The notes under the pieces are model-generated. The model was not told where the DNA came from, searched no databases, and was given only the letters and a program-made list of their open reading frames with translations. Source: an uncultured Candidatus Micrarchaeota archaeon (lineage in GTDB: Archaea; Micrarchaeota; Micrarchaeia; Micrarchaeales; Micrarchaeaceae). From it: a stretch of DNA of 62,698 nt. The position numbers were made by a program, and so were the translations under genes. The stretch covers positions 1-62,698 of the forward strand of contig CAVUGN010000006.1 of NCBI GenBank assembly GCA_963741095.1. Direction: 5' to 3'. Positions 37,452 through 46,134 of this stretch are shown here, piece after piece (the first letter of the stretch is position 1; every line of letters starts with the position of its first letter).

Positions 37452-37928
37452 GTGGAGACGAGCGCGAACCGGGACGGAAGGATGACCACGGACAGGGTGG
37501 AGGCGATAAGGACATTCATGGCCGGCTTCGGCCCGCTGCTCGTGCTCATAGCGTCTTTTGCAACCAAGAAAGCGTACTGGAAGCTTGAGGGGATAGATTA
37601 CCTTTGCGGGTTCTTCTCTGTGCTTGCCTTGGTACTTTGGGCGGTGACTAAGGATCCCTCGATCGCAATCATTTTCGCCATAGCGACTGACGCGCTCGCT
37701 TCGATTCCGACAATCGCCAAGAGTTGGAGGCATCCGGAAACCGAATCTAGCTACTCATACGCCCCCAGCATAATAAGCGCCCTCACCGCGTTCACTGTGA
37801 TCACCGCTTGGACCTTCCCGGAGTACGCGTTCCCAGCGTATCTGGTCGTTATTAACATCATCTTGACGCTACCATGGTTTTGGAGGAAGGACACGTGGCT
37901 TGCGAAGAAACGGTCTCATAAATTATAA
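37452..37928 (+). CDS. Chimeric ORF: ankyrin-type leader fused to an N-terminally truncated multi-pass membrane protein
   Basis: VETSANRDGRMTTDRVEAIRTF followed directly by MAGFGPLL...PT..KSW.HPETE hydrophobic domain. Confidence 0.7.
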   Translation: METSANRDGRMTTDRVEAIRTFMAGFGPLLVLIASFATKKAYWKLEGIDYLCGFFSVLALVLWAVTKDPSIAIIFAIATDALASIPTIAKSWRHPETESSYSYAPSIISALTAFTVITAWTFPEYAFPAYLVVINIILTLPWFWRKDTWLAKKRSHKL

Positions 37929-37934
37929 TCCAAA

Positions 37935-37992
37935 TCTGGCCTCACTATAGCCGCGTCCTCGCCTTTCCGGCCTGGCTTGGGCGCGGCAGCTT
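37935..37992 (+). repeat. Short cassette-boundary repeat variant
   Basis: TAGCCGCGTCCTCGCCTTTCCGGCCTGGCTTGGGCGCG. Confidence 0.55.
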
Positions 37993-38002
37993 ATTCCCTT
38001 AT

Positions 38003-38079
38003 ATGGCTACAATCCATATGTTTGTAGATAATGTAGCCATTATGTCCACAAGTTATATATATCTTGATGTTGTAGCCAT
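38003..38079. promoter_or_regulatory. Operator ATGGCTACA-N20-TGTAGCCAT plus a third half-site, and a TATA box
   Basis: Half-sites at 38003-38011, 38032-38040 and 38071-38079; TTATATA near 38052. Confidence 0.7.
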
Positions 38080-38082
38080 ATC

Positions 38083-38991
38083 ATGTCGTTCATAGAGAAG
38101 CAGAGCCATGGAGGCCACACCTACTACTACCTGGTCAAGAACGTCAGGGTGACGCCGACGAAAGCAAAGAAGCTGAGGATATTTCTTGGCAGGAAGCTTC
38201 CTGAGCATGATGAGCTGCAGAAGCGCTTCCTTGAGCTCGAGAAGAGGTCCATGGAACTGCACGGGGCAAGATGGCTGCCCAAGCTCCTCGCGGAGAGGGT
38301 CGACGACCTCAGCGCATCGATCATAGTGTTCCGCAAGACCGCTTCGGACGTGCTGCCGAAGGATTTCATGGTGCGCTACACCTATAACACGAACGCGATA
38401 GAGGGGAACCGCCTGACGCTCAGGCAGACCGCGCTGGTCATAAGCGACAGGGTCGCACCTGAAGGCGCCAGGACGAACGATGTGGTCGAAGCGCTCAACG
38501 CCCTCGATGCTTGGGAGTACGTGAAGGCGTACAAGGGAGCGCTGAACAAGAAGTTTGTCTGCAGGATACAGTATGAGGTGACAAAGAACACCTCTTGCAG
38601 AATTCAGGGCGATTACAGGGACAGCGAGGTCAGGATAGTGGGTTCGGAGCTGATACCGCCGAAACCCGGAGAGGTTCCGGGATTGCTGGACAGCCTTTTC
38701 GGCAGCTTCCGCACGGAGAGGAAGGCGCTGCATCCAGTGGAACTTGCCTCGTTCCTTCACAACGGATTGGTCAAGATCCACCCGTTCACCGACGGGAACG
38801 GGAGAACCGCCAGGCTGCTGATGGACTGGGTGCTGCTGAGGAACCGTTTTCCCCCAGCCATAATAGAGGTCACGAACAAGGAGAGATACTACAAGGCTAT
38901 CGAAAATGCGGATAGGGGCGACCAGAAGCCCTTTGCTGAATTCCTGGCAAACCAGCTGCTCGCGCAGTACACGGTGGCTCTTCCTGATTAG
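38083..38991 (+). CDS. Fic-family protein (canonical AMPylase motif)
   Basis: Inhibitory-type TNAIEGN and HPFTDGNGRTAR. Confidence 0.92.
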   Translation: MSFIEKQSHGGHTYYYLVKNVRVTPTKAKKLRIFLGRKLPEHDELQKRFLELEKRSMELHGARWLPKLLAERVDDLSASIIVFRKTASDVLPKDFMVRYTYNTNAIEGNRLTLRQTALVISDRVAPEGARTNDVVEALNALDAWEYVKAYKGALNKKFVCRIQYEVTKNTSCRIQGDYRDSEVRIVGSELIPPKPGEVPGLLDSLFGSFRTERKALHPVELASFLHNGLVKIHPFTDGNGRTARLLMDWVLLRNRFPPAIIEVTNKERYYKAIENADRGDQKPFAEFLANQLLAQYTVALPD

Positions 38992-39000
38992 GTATCTTGG

Positions 39001-39070
39001 ATCGCCCTCGCCGTCTACCAAACCTTTAAACGCTTATCTTCGGTTAGCTTAGTGTGGTTGGATGGCAGGG
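39001..39070 (+). repeat. Cassette-boundary repeat variant providing the promoter and start of the next gene
   Basis: CCAAACCTTTAAACGCTTATCTTCGGTTAGCTTAGTGTGG..GGATGGC. Confidence 0.6.
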
Positions 39071-39409
39071 AATGGGAGCATAATCGTGGGTACGGTCGCG
39101 GGTGCAGTGGTACTGGTGCTGCTCGGCTGGCTGCCGGTGCTGGGCGCGCTCATAGCGGGCATCGTCGCGGGGCATCTGGCCAAAGGCTGGCTCAGGGGCG
39201 CTTTCGCGGGGCTTCTCGCAGGGATTCTCGGCTTTTTCGTGCTGGAGTTCGTGCTCACGGGGATAGGCGGCGCCCTGGCCGGAAGCATTGGAGCCCTGGG
39301 CGGCGGGGTCCTGGGCGGGATCATCGGGATATTGGAGATCGGGAACGTGCCCTTGGCCGCGATCGGCGGTCTGATCGGGGGCATACTGACCTCCCGGAGC
39401 TCCAAGTAA
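39062..39409 (+). CDS. Gly-rich small membrane protein (DUF5518-like)
   Basis: GxxxG-rich hydrophobic helices. Confidence 0.75.
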   Translation: MAGNGSIIVGTVAGAVVLVLLGWLPVLGALIAGIVAGHLAKGWLRGAFAGLLAGILGFFVLEFVLTGIGGALAGSIGALGGGVLGGIIGILEIGNVPLAAIGGLIGGILTSRSSK

Positions 39410-39440
39410 ATGCGGTTGTAGGGCCAAGACTAATCTTTCC

Positions 39441-39495
39441 GTCTTAGCCCTCGCCTTTCCTGCTTGGCTTGGAGGTTGGGTTCATTTGGCTTAAT
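39441..39495 (+). repeat. Short cassette-boundary repeat variant
   Basis: TTAGCCCTCGCCTTTCCTGCTTGGCTTGG; related copy at 40105-40132. Confidence 0.55.
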
Positions 39496-39546
39496 GTTAT
39501 AGAAAGGTTTTTATATCTATTAATACGTTATTAATATGGTGTTAAT

Positions 39547-39792
39547 GTGGTAAAGGCCATTATAGACATAAGCGAGGATGCGAATACCATCCTGAACATA
39601 ATCAAGGCGGAGTACGGTCTGAGAGACAAGTCCCAGGCAATAGACAGGATGGCGGAGGATTACAAGGAGATGGTTTTTGAGCCCAAAGTCAAGGCTTCGT
39701 ATCTAAAGAAATTGAAAAGGATATCCAAAGAAAAGACCGTGCGCATAGGCACGATGGAGGACTTCGACAAGATGTACCACATCAAAGGGTAG
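39547..39792 (+). CDS. DUF2683-like antitoxin
   Basis: MVKAIIDISE.AN.ILNIIKA.YGLRDKSQAI. Confidence 0.8.
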   Translation: MVKAIIDISEDANTILNIIKAEYGLRDKSQAIDRMAEDYKEMVFEPKVKASYLKKLKRISKEKTVRIGTMEDFDKMYHIKG

Positions 39793-39801
39793 GCTGGTGC
39801 G

Positions 39802-40074
39802 ATGGCCGTCTACACTTATGACGTTAAGGATCATGTAAAGAGGCTATTCCAAAAAATGGAAAAGAGAAGCCCTATGCAACTGTTAATCATCAGGAAAAAG
39901 TTGATTCAGATACTGGATGATCCCTATAGATTCAAGCCGCTAAGTGGCCAGATGAAAGGGATAAGGGCAGTTCACATAGACAAAAGCTTTGTTCTGACCT
40001 ATTCGATAGACGAAACCAGAAAGGTTGTAACCATTGAGGATTACGACCATCACGATAATATCTACGAGAGTTAG
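39802..40074 (+). CDS. RelE/YafQ-family mRNA interferase toxin
   Basis: FKPLSGQMKG.R.VHI..SFVLTY...DHHDNIY. Confidence 0.85.
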   Translation: MAVYTYDVKDHVKRLFQKMEKRSPMQLLIIRKKLIQILDDPYRFKPLSGQMKGIRAVHIDKSFVLTYSIDETRKVVTIEDYDHHDNIYES

Positions 40075-40165
40075 ATTTTAGCTTCCTCTTTCGCTTTTTG
40101 GTCCACGCCCTCGTTTTTCCGGCTTGGCTTAATGCGCCGTCCGAAGAATTTCGCAACTCTTTGGA

Positions 40166-40378
40166 CTATGGTTTTGGAGTTTGTCCATCCGTTTTATTCT
40201 TAACCAAAAACCGCAACGATTGAAAAATGAACAAAACCACTATGCCCAATACGGTGATTACAACCCCTATTATGTACAATTTCAATACGGCTGCGAATAT
40301 CCAGGCAAAAACGATAGCAAGAACTACAATAACGAACATCCCTTCGGCATCGTTTTTGACAAACCCCATGATGAACAT
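40166..40378 (-). CDS. Small two-TM membrane protein
   Basis: Hydrophobic hairpin. Confidence 0.55.
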   Translation of the reverse strand: MFIMGFVKNDAEGMFVIVVLAIVFAWIFAAVLKLYIIGVVITVLGIVVLFIFQSLRFLVKNKTDGQTPKP

Positions 40379-40570
40379 TGGGGAACCATGCTTAAAACCT
40401 CTCCTGACGGCGCGGAACCTTATAAGGGGCCTTAGTAGGGGCACACGGACAAGCGCGCATCAAGGGCATAAGCTCAGCAGAGCAACAGAGGGGGGGCGGA
40501 ACAGGAGCCGACGCAACAGGCAGAAAACCGCGCCTCCCAGTGAGGTGCGTATGCCTGATTTTGTCAAGCG

Positions 40571-40846
40571 CTATTCTATCGGGAAGTCTAGCTGCTCGGC
40601 GGGGATACCCAAAGACAGACCGTAATCGACGGCGGGCTTCCATGTCTCTTTCTTGTCATGGTTGAACTTGAAGATCCTGTCCTTGAACGCGACAACCACT
40701 TCGCGATCGTTCCAAAAATGAGCGTACCATTTCTCCTTCAGGCTGCGGGAAATTCTTTCTATGTCGAGCTCTGTGGCTTCGACAGCATAAAAGTGCCAAT
40801 GGAGCTCGGATGAGATGCTTGAATCGGTCACTTTGATTCCTGCCAT
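40571..40846 (-). CDS. Hypothetical protein
   Basis: WYAHFW...F.D.IF...W....YG..LGIP.EQLDF. Confidence 0.65.
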   Translation of the reverse strand: MAGIKVTDSSISSELHWHFYAVEATELDIERISRSLKEKWYAHFWNDREVVVAFKDRIFKFNHDKKETWKPAVDYGLSLGIPAEQLDFPIE

Positions 40847-40911
40847 TACCTTTCATCGATCAGGCTCTCGCCGATCACGGTGCCCCTGTAGATTTTCCGC
40901 ATGCAATCGCA

Positions 40912-41403
40912 TCATTTCAGCAGTTTCACGAAAGCTTCGGGATTCGACGGCGTTATCAGGTAATGCTTTCCGTTCTTGTCGGTTATCAGCACGCCATCGG
41001 TGAAGTTGGATATTATGGACCTCGTCCAGCCCGCTCCGGCTATGTAGAACAAGCCGCAGTAGCCCCCAGCGCCGACCCTCATGTGAATGGGCACCCTCGT
41101 CCGCTCCACCTTCCTTATGTCGCCCAGTTTCAGCCGTATGACCATGAACGGAGACCAGGAATAGAGAGCGCCGTTTTCGATGGTGTAGGAAGTCCTGTAG
41201 AAGCAATACGCAGTGAGGCCCAGTATGGCGAACACCAGCGCGCCTATGCCAAGGAAGATGGCCGGCCTGCCGGTCAGGAAAGATATTGAAGCAAAGAGAA
41301 GCGCGATGAAGATTGCCATGCCGAGGTATAACCCGCCGATCCAGTTGCTGATCCTTGGCCTGTTGATTGTCTTTTTTGCTGAGGTTTTGGTTGGCATATT
41401 CAC
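40912..41403 (-). CDS. Membrane protein with a bacterial-type PH domain
   Basis: Two TM helices then Y.IENG.L, I.L.DI.KV, LITPSNPEAF. Confidence 0.75.
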   Translation of the reverse strand: MNMPTKTSAKKTINRPRISNWIGGLYLGMAIFIALLFASISFLTGRPAIFLGIGALVFAILGLTAYCFYRTSYTIENGALYSWSPFMVIRLKLGDIRKVERTRVPIHMRVGAGGYCGLFYIAGAGWTRSIISNFTDGVLITDKNGKHYLITPSNPEAFVKLLK

Positions 41404-41508
41404 ACCCTAGGCGCGTCATTTAGGATTGGCAGCAAGGTTATAATTAAGCTTCTGGCTTCTGGTGAAGATTTATTAAGGGCATTTATGATATATTGGCGAA
41501 GTGCGGAC

Positions 41509-42672
41509 ATGGAGGCAAAGCGTAGGATAATATCGCAGGGGACGATGCTGATAATAATCCTGGGAGTCGTCAGCCTCTTCGGCGACTTCGTCTATGAGGG
41601 AGGCAGGAGCATAATACCGCAGTTCTTCACAACGGGCCTGGGAGGTTCGGTCTTTCTCCTTGGCGTTGTTCTTGGGGTTGGAGACTTCATCGGATATTCG
41701 ATAAGGCTGGTCAGCGGCAGGCTGGCGGACAAGACTCATGACTACTGGGCGATAACCTTCATCGGCTACATAATAAACATGCTTGCGCTTCCGCTGCTGG
41801 CCTTCACGGGCAGCTACATAATCGCTGCGATACTCATAGTCGCGGAGCGCGCAGGAAAGGGGATACGCTCGCCGCCGAAGGATTACATAATATCCACGGC
41901 GGCGAAGGAGGGCAAGGTGGGCAGGGCCTTCGCGATAAACGAGGCTCTCGACCAGACTGGCGCGATAATAGGTCCGATAGTCATGTCGCTGATAATACTC
42001 TACAGGAACGATTACAGATTGGCTTTTGAGTTCCTCTTCCTGCCAGCTGTTGTCTCGCTAGCGACGCTCGCCATCGCCTACTGGTACCACAAGAAGGTGC
42101 CGAAGAAGAAGCACGTGATGGACAAGAGCAAGATCATGACCTTCAGGCGCTTCATACTCTACTCGCTTGCAGTGGCGGTCAGCGCTGCCGGCCTTTACAA
42201 TGTATCGTTCATGCTGGTCAGCGCCCAGGGGGTACTGAGCACCTACCTGATACCGCTCATCTTCCTCACAGCCATGGTAGGAGAGGGATTCTTCGGCGTT
42301 GTCTTTGGGATCCTGTACGACAAGGTAGGCAAGGGCCTTGTGTACATCGGGCTCATAACCGCAGCGGTATTGCCGTTCGTGCTGATGAAATCGCTGCCGC
42401 TCTTCCTGTTCAGCGCTGCGCTGCTCTTCGGCGCGGTGACAGGCATACAGGACACGGTCATGAGATCGGTAGTGGGCAGCATGATACCCGAAAAGAAGAG
42501 GGGGCACGCCTACGGCATATTCAACAGCTTCTACGGCTTCGGCCTTATGGCGTCGAGCATAGTCATCGGCTATCTTTATTATTCGCTGGGGATAGCGACG
42601 ATGTACATACTTGCTACACAGGCAATAGCGCTAGTTCTGCTGTATCTCTCTTTCAGGAAGGCTGGCGCATGA
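41509..42672 (+). CDS. MFS transporter
   Basis: About 12 TM helices; SGRLAD, ERAGKGIRSPP, GILYDKVG. Confidence 0.92.
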   Translation: MEAKRRIISQGTMLIIILGVVSLFGDFVYEGGRSIIPQFFTTGLGGSVFLLGVVLGVGDFIGYSIRLVSGRLADKTHDYWAITFIGYIINMLALPLLAFTGSYIIAAILIVAERAGKGIRSPPKDYIISTAAKEGKVGRAFAINEALDQTGAIIGPIVMSLIILYRNDYRLAFEFLFLPAVVSLATLAIAYWYHKKVPKKKHVMDKSKIMTFRRFILYSLAVAVSAAGLYNVSFMLVSAQGVLSTYLIPLIFLTAMVGEGFFGVVFGILYDKVGKGLVYIGLITAAVLPFVLMKSLPLFLFSAALLFGAVTGIQDTVMRSVVGSMIPEKKRGHAYGIFNSFYGFGLMASSIVIGYLYYSLGIATMYILATQAIALVLLYLSFRKAGA

Positions 42673-42730
42673 TCTGATACAGGGCTGTGTGCGCACACGT
42701 GGCTATATACCCGGAGATGCTAATACTATC

Positions 42731-43003
42731 ATGTCGAAATCGAAAAAGGCGCCCGAATGGCCGAGCCTATCGAGATTCATGATGATCAGGAGGCGCAGCA
42801 AGCTGCAGGCCGCAAGAGGAGCAGCTGACGTCCAGGTCAGGGAACTGACCAGGGAGAGGGACAGCATAAGGGAGAATGCGAAGCTTTCGGGCAGGGGCAG
42901 CAACCGCGAGGATAAGGCTCTTTACGTCGCGGAGGGCGCACTCAGGTCCATAAACAGGAAGATAGCGAGCAACGAGAGGGAGCTGGGTCATCCGCAAGGA
43001 TGA
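42731..43003 (+). CDS. Small basic coiled-coil hypothetical protein
   Basis: TATA at about 42704, ATG 42731. Confidence 0.5.
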   Translation: MSKSKKAPEWPSLSRFMMIRRRSKLQAARGAADVQVRELTRERDSIRENAKLSGRGSNREDKALYVAEGALRSINRKIASNERELGHPQG

Positions 43004-43050
43004 TGCGAATAAGGCATAGCGCAGGAAATGGGGCGCGGAGCTTTACCGCA

Positions 43051-43425
43051 TCAGTCTTTCCTAAGTAGTTGCGCGGTCTGGTACACGCCGGCGACGATCT
43101 CGTTCGTGATCGAATCGACAAACTTTGCTATCAGCTGCCGGTCTGGCCCGTCGCGCGGAGAGGACACCTCGATGCTTATGGTCTGGTTCATCAGGTTCAT
43201 GTCGAAAGTCAGGGTTAGGTCATTCTGCACGCACTTCGGCAGCTTTTCTTTGGCGGCATCAAAGACCCTCTTGTTTATCGCGTTAAGGTCTATGTTGGCA
43301 GGCATGCGATTTTTTATATTGCCAGGTATAATGGCCCACTCGCAATCGCCACCTGAACAGCCGCCCCAGCCGCGCGCAGAAAAGGAATTGACGGCACTTT
43401 CTGACAAGGGCATATTCTTGTTCAT
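43051..43425 (-). CDS. Orphan protein
   Basis: GGTGA RBS; motif at 43453-43466. Confidence 0.65.
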   Translation of the reverse strand: MNKNMPLSESAVNSFSARGWGGCSGGDCEWAIIPGNIKNRMPANIDLNAINKRVFDAAKEKLPKCVQNDLTLTFDMNLMNQTISIEVSSPRDGPDRQLIAKFVDSITNEIVAGVYQTAQLLRKD

Positions 43426-43514
43426 TCACCCACCGATAGCCCTCTATTTTTTAAGATATTTATTCCTTTCGCGAGGCGTTTTTGCCGATCGAACCCGCAA
43501 GACGCAAGGGGGAT

Positions 43515-43727
43515 TTATTTGCCCTTCGGCGCGACCAAAACTATTATTATCAGCGCGGCAAGCCAGGTGTAGAAGTTGAAGGGTATCCTCAGGCTGAACA
43601 GCTCGTTCAACGCCCAGATGAACACGTACGGTATGACAATGGCGGCAACGATCGCGGCGATTATCCCGAAAACAATCACCACTGGCGACCACGCGCCGAA
43701 TTTTTTCAAGAATCCTTTTTTGGCCAT
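43515..43727 (-). CDS. Small membrane protein
   Basis: Two hydrophobic helices; TATA upstream. Confidence 0.65.
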   Translation of the reverse strand: MAKKGFLKKFGAWSPVVIVFGIIAAIVAAIVIPYVFIWALNELFSLRIPFNFYTWLAALIIIVLVAPKGK

Positions 43728-43807
43728 GCGCTCACAATATCACTAACCCACAAAAGATATTTAAAATTTTTGCAGGCTGTTTTTCGGCTTGCTGGTGAAA
43801 ATTTCCA

Positions 43808-44155
43808 TCAGGCCTTGGGATGCCTCGCCACGTACCATCCGAACTCTGCGCCGAGGACCGCGCCGCCTATCGCTGCGGCCATGTAGCCAATGGTCATAAG
43901 GCCAGTCATTGCGCCCAAGAAAGTGGTTAAGGTCATCAGGCCGACGGTCTGGATTGCCGACGTTCCTGGTTCTCCTAAGAAGAATCCGTGCAACTTCTGC
44001 CCGAAATTTGACGAAGGAGTACCGGTTGTGCGTTCGACGTTTTGCATTTTCATGTTGTCCTTGCTCTCCGCATCGTTGCGCAGCTCTACCGGCTTGGCGC
44101 CGGAGACCCCTGCGGTCCGGCCTTCTTGTTTATTGGAAATTGTTACAGTTTCCAT
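43808..44155 (-). CDS. Orphan protein: disordered N-terminus plus C-terminal glycine-zipper TM hairpin
   Basis: GAMTG..IGG.VLG pattern; motif at 44175-44187. Confidence 0.65.
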   Translation of the reverse strand: METVTISNKQEGRTAGVSGAKPVELRNDAESKDNMKMQNVERTTGTPSSNFGQKLHGFFLGEPGTSAIQTVGLMTLTTFLGAMTGLMTIGYMAAAIGGAVLGAEFGWYVARHPKA

Positions 44156-44220
44156 GATGATTCCTTTTTTTCTTGAGATGTTTATGCTTTTTGATTTTCA
44201 TCGTGTTTTTGATTGTGCGC

Positions 44221-44628
44221 TCAGTAGTCTATGGAAAAAACATTGACTCTGGCATTTTCAGCGGCGTTGTAGAGCGTTATATCCAGGGCGTTGTTGGGCG
44301 ATTTCATTATTGCAATTTCCTTGTCGACGCTCTTCCGGATTATGGCTCTTGTGAACTTCTGCTCTTGGCGGGTGGTAGCATCAATGCCGTCGATCAGGGC
44401 GACGCTCGGGTATGGCCCCCAGATGCCGCTAGGGCTTTTAACCTCAACCTTTCTGAGTAGATCCACCTTGCCCTTCAGTTCTTTGTCATAATCACAGCTG
44501 CAGGGCAGCCTTATCACATCGTTCGGGTTGAAGCGTATAGTAACCTTGCTGATGTTTAACCGCATGGAGTCTGTTATGGTGATCTCTTTCATGCCGGTCA
44601 TGGTCGCTGTTTTCGATTCGGTTGCCAT
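44221..44628 (-). CDS. Orphan protein (likely start MATESKT)
   Basis: Motif at 44658-44670. Confidence 0.65.
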   Translation of the reverse strand: MATESKTATMTGMKEITITDSMRLNISKVTIRFNPNDVIRLPCSCDYDKELKGKVDLLRKVEVKSPSGIWGPYPSVALIDGIDATTRQEQKFTRAIIRKSVDKEIAIMKSPNNALDITLYNAAENARVNVFSIDY

Positions 44629-44664
44629 CGTAACACTCACTATTCCATGAATTCTATGAGATAT

Positions 44665-45321
44665 TTAGGCTTTTCGGACGTGCAAGGGAGTTTTCCTCAG
44701 CAGCTCGAACTCCAGCTGCTTTGCTCGCTCCTTTGCGGGAACGGTCCTGGGGAATTCGCCGTTTTCCTGGTGCGTTTTCGCCACCTTGAGAAATTCGAGA
44801 TACGCGGTGTGGAACGAGTTGAAGTAGGGGTATATCTTTGGTATCCCTCTGATCAGCTTCTGCGCAGTATCCGTTGAGATTATTATCGCCCTCCCGTTTT
44901 CGCGCGTGTTTATCTGGAGCTCAGGTGGCTTGGACTCCTGGTAGAACACCTGCAATGTGGCGGTCGGTGGCTTCTTGCCCTCAAGATCGAACGAGTACAC
45001 ATACTCTATCGGGAATTTTCGCGCGGCCATCAGGCCCCCGAACCATACTGCGCTGTCATGGAATTCGTCCTTGTACATCTGCGCTGGCTCCTTGACCAAT
45101 GGTATCTGGTAGCCGTTCATGTAAAGGAAGTTCATGAGCCCGGTGAAGAAGCATATGCCTGGGTTGCTGTAATGCGACAGGTAGGCCTTGTTTTCGCCTC
45201 TCGCTTGTTCGATGACCAGGTCGAGGTCCTGCACCTTGTAGGCCTTCGTGACGAGATCACCCTCCTTGATGGTGAGTATGTTCGCCTGGAAGACGCTGCC
45301 GCCCTTCGACAATGTTGCCAT
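44665..45321 (-). CDS. Orphan protein (likely start MATLSKGG)
   Basis: TATA upstream at about 45343-45352. Confidence 0.65.
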   Translation of the reverse strand: MATLSKGGSVFQANILTIKEGDLVTKAYKVQDLDLVIEQARGENKAYLSHYSNPGICFFTGLMNFLYMNGYQIPLVKEPAQMYKDEFHDSAVWFGGLMAARKFPIEYVYSFDLEGKKPPTATLQVFYQESKPPELQINTRENGRAIIISTDTAQKLIRGIPKIYPYFNSFHTAYLEFLKVAKTHQENGEFPRTVPAKERAKQLEFELLRKTPLHVRKA

Positions 45322-45365
45322 GGAAGCCTTCAACTTTATCAGATATATATAACCTGCGAAAAGAG

Positions 45366-45920
45366 TCAGGACGCCCTCCTCAGCAGCATCTCGAGGCGCG
45401 AATGCACGGTCTCTTTGACCTCCTGCATGCAGAGCCAACCGGTATCATCCTGCCATATGTGCGGGACCTCCCAATACTCGTCCGCGAACTTCGAGACCGG
45501 CTTCCTGGAGCGGTAGTGGATGGTCTCATCGCAGAGGTCGGAAGCGAGCACGAAGTAGAACCTCTGGCCGAACTTAGACTTGAACCTTTCGAATTTCACG
45601 ATGTCGTTGTAGATGCGATGGTGCCTGCTGAGCCGCAACGGATGGGGCTCCAGAAGGACCTGGCGGCCGTTTATCGTCAAATCCGTGAGGAAATCGGGGG
45701 TGTAGGTGAGATCCCTTCCGTGGAAAGGCCCGACCCAGAGGCTGAACGGTTCGTAATAAGACTTCACGCCCATGTCGAGGAGGCATTCCTTGAAGGCCTT
45801 CTCATAGTCGCTCTTGACCAGGGTTTCGGCGCGGAGCAATGCTTCTGCACGAGTTCCGTTAGCACCCACCACTGACTGCAATCCGCTTTGGCTCGCGCCA
45901 ACGGATTTGTCTGCAATCAT
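45366..45920 (-). CDS. PD-(D/E)xK endonuclease-like protein (T7 endonuclease I/TnsA-type core)
   Basis: S.YE..F, YEP, YTPDF, LLEPH. Confidence 0.65.
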   Translation of the reverse strand: MIADKSVGASQSGLQSVVGANGTRAEALLRAETLVKSDYEKAFKECLLDMGVKSYYEPFSLWVGPFHGRDLTYTPDFLTDLTINGRQVLLEPHPLRLSRHHRIYNDIVKFERFKSKFGQRFYFVLASDLCDETIHYRSRKPVSKFADEYWEVPHIWQDDTGWLCMQEVKETVHSRLEMLLRRAS

Positions 45921-46134
45921 CCCACACCTTGCTCACTGATGAGCGCAATAACTTATTTATTTCTTTGCAGAAGCGGTACGTCACCAGTAATAGTGGGCTA
46001 CGTCATTCTGGCGGCGCTGCCGCGCGCCGGATCAGAAGCGCTGCAATGCCTATTGCAGCGTCGTTATTCGTCAATGGACGTGCTTTGTCGCAACGCTTAT
46101 ATATCTGGCAGAACGCAGTAGTGTCAGTGAGCAG

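Noticed and set aside
40391-40550. RNase P RNA, SRP RNA or tRNA
   Set aside because: Too short and lacks the GAGGAAAGUCC, SRP helix-8 and T-loop GTTCRA signatures
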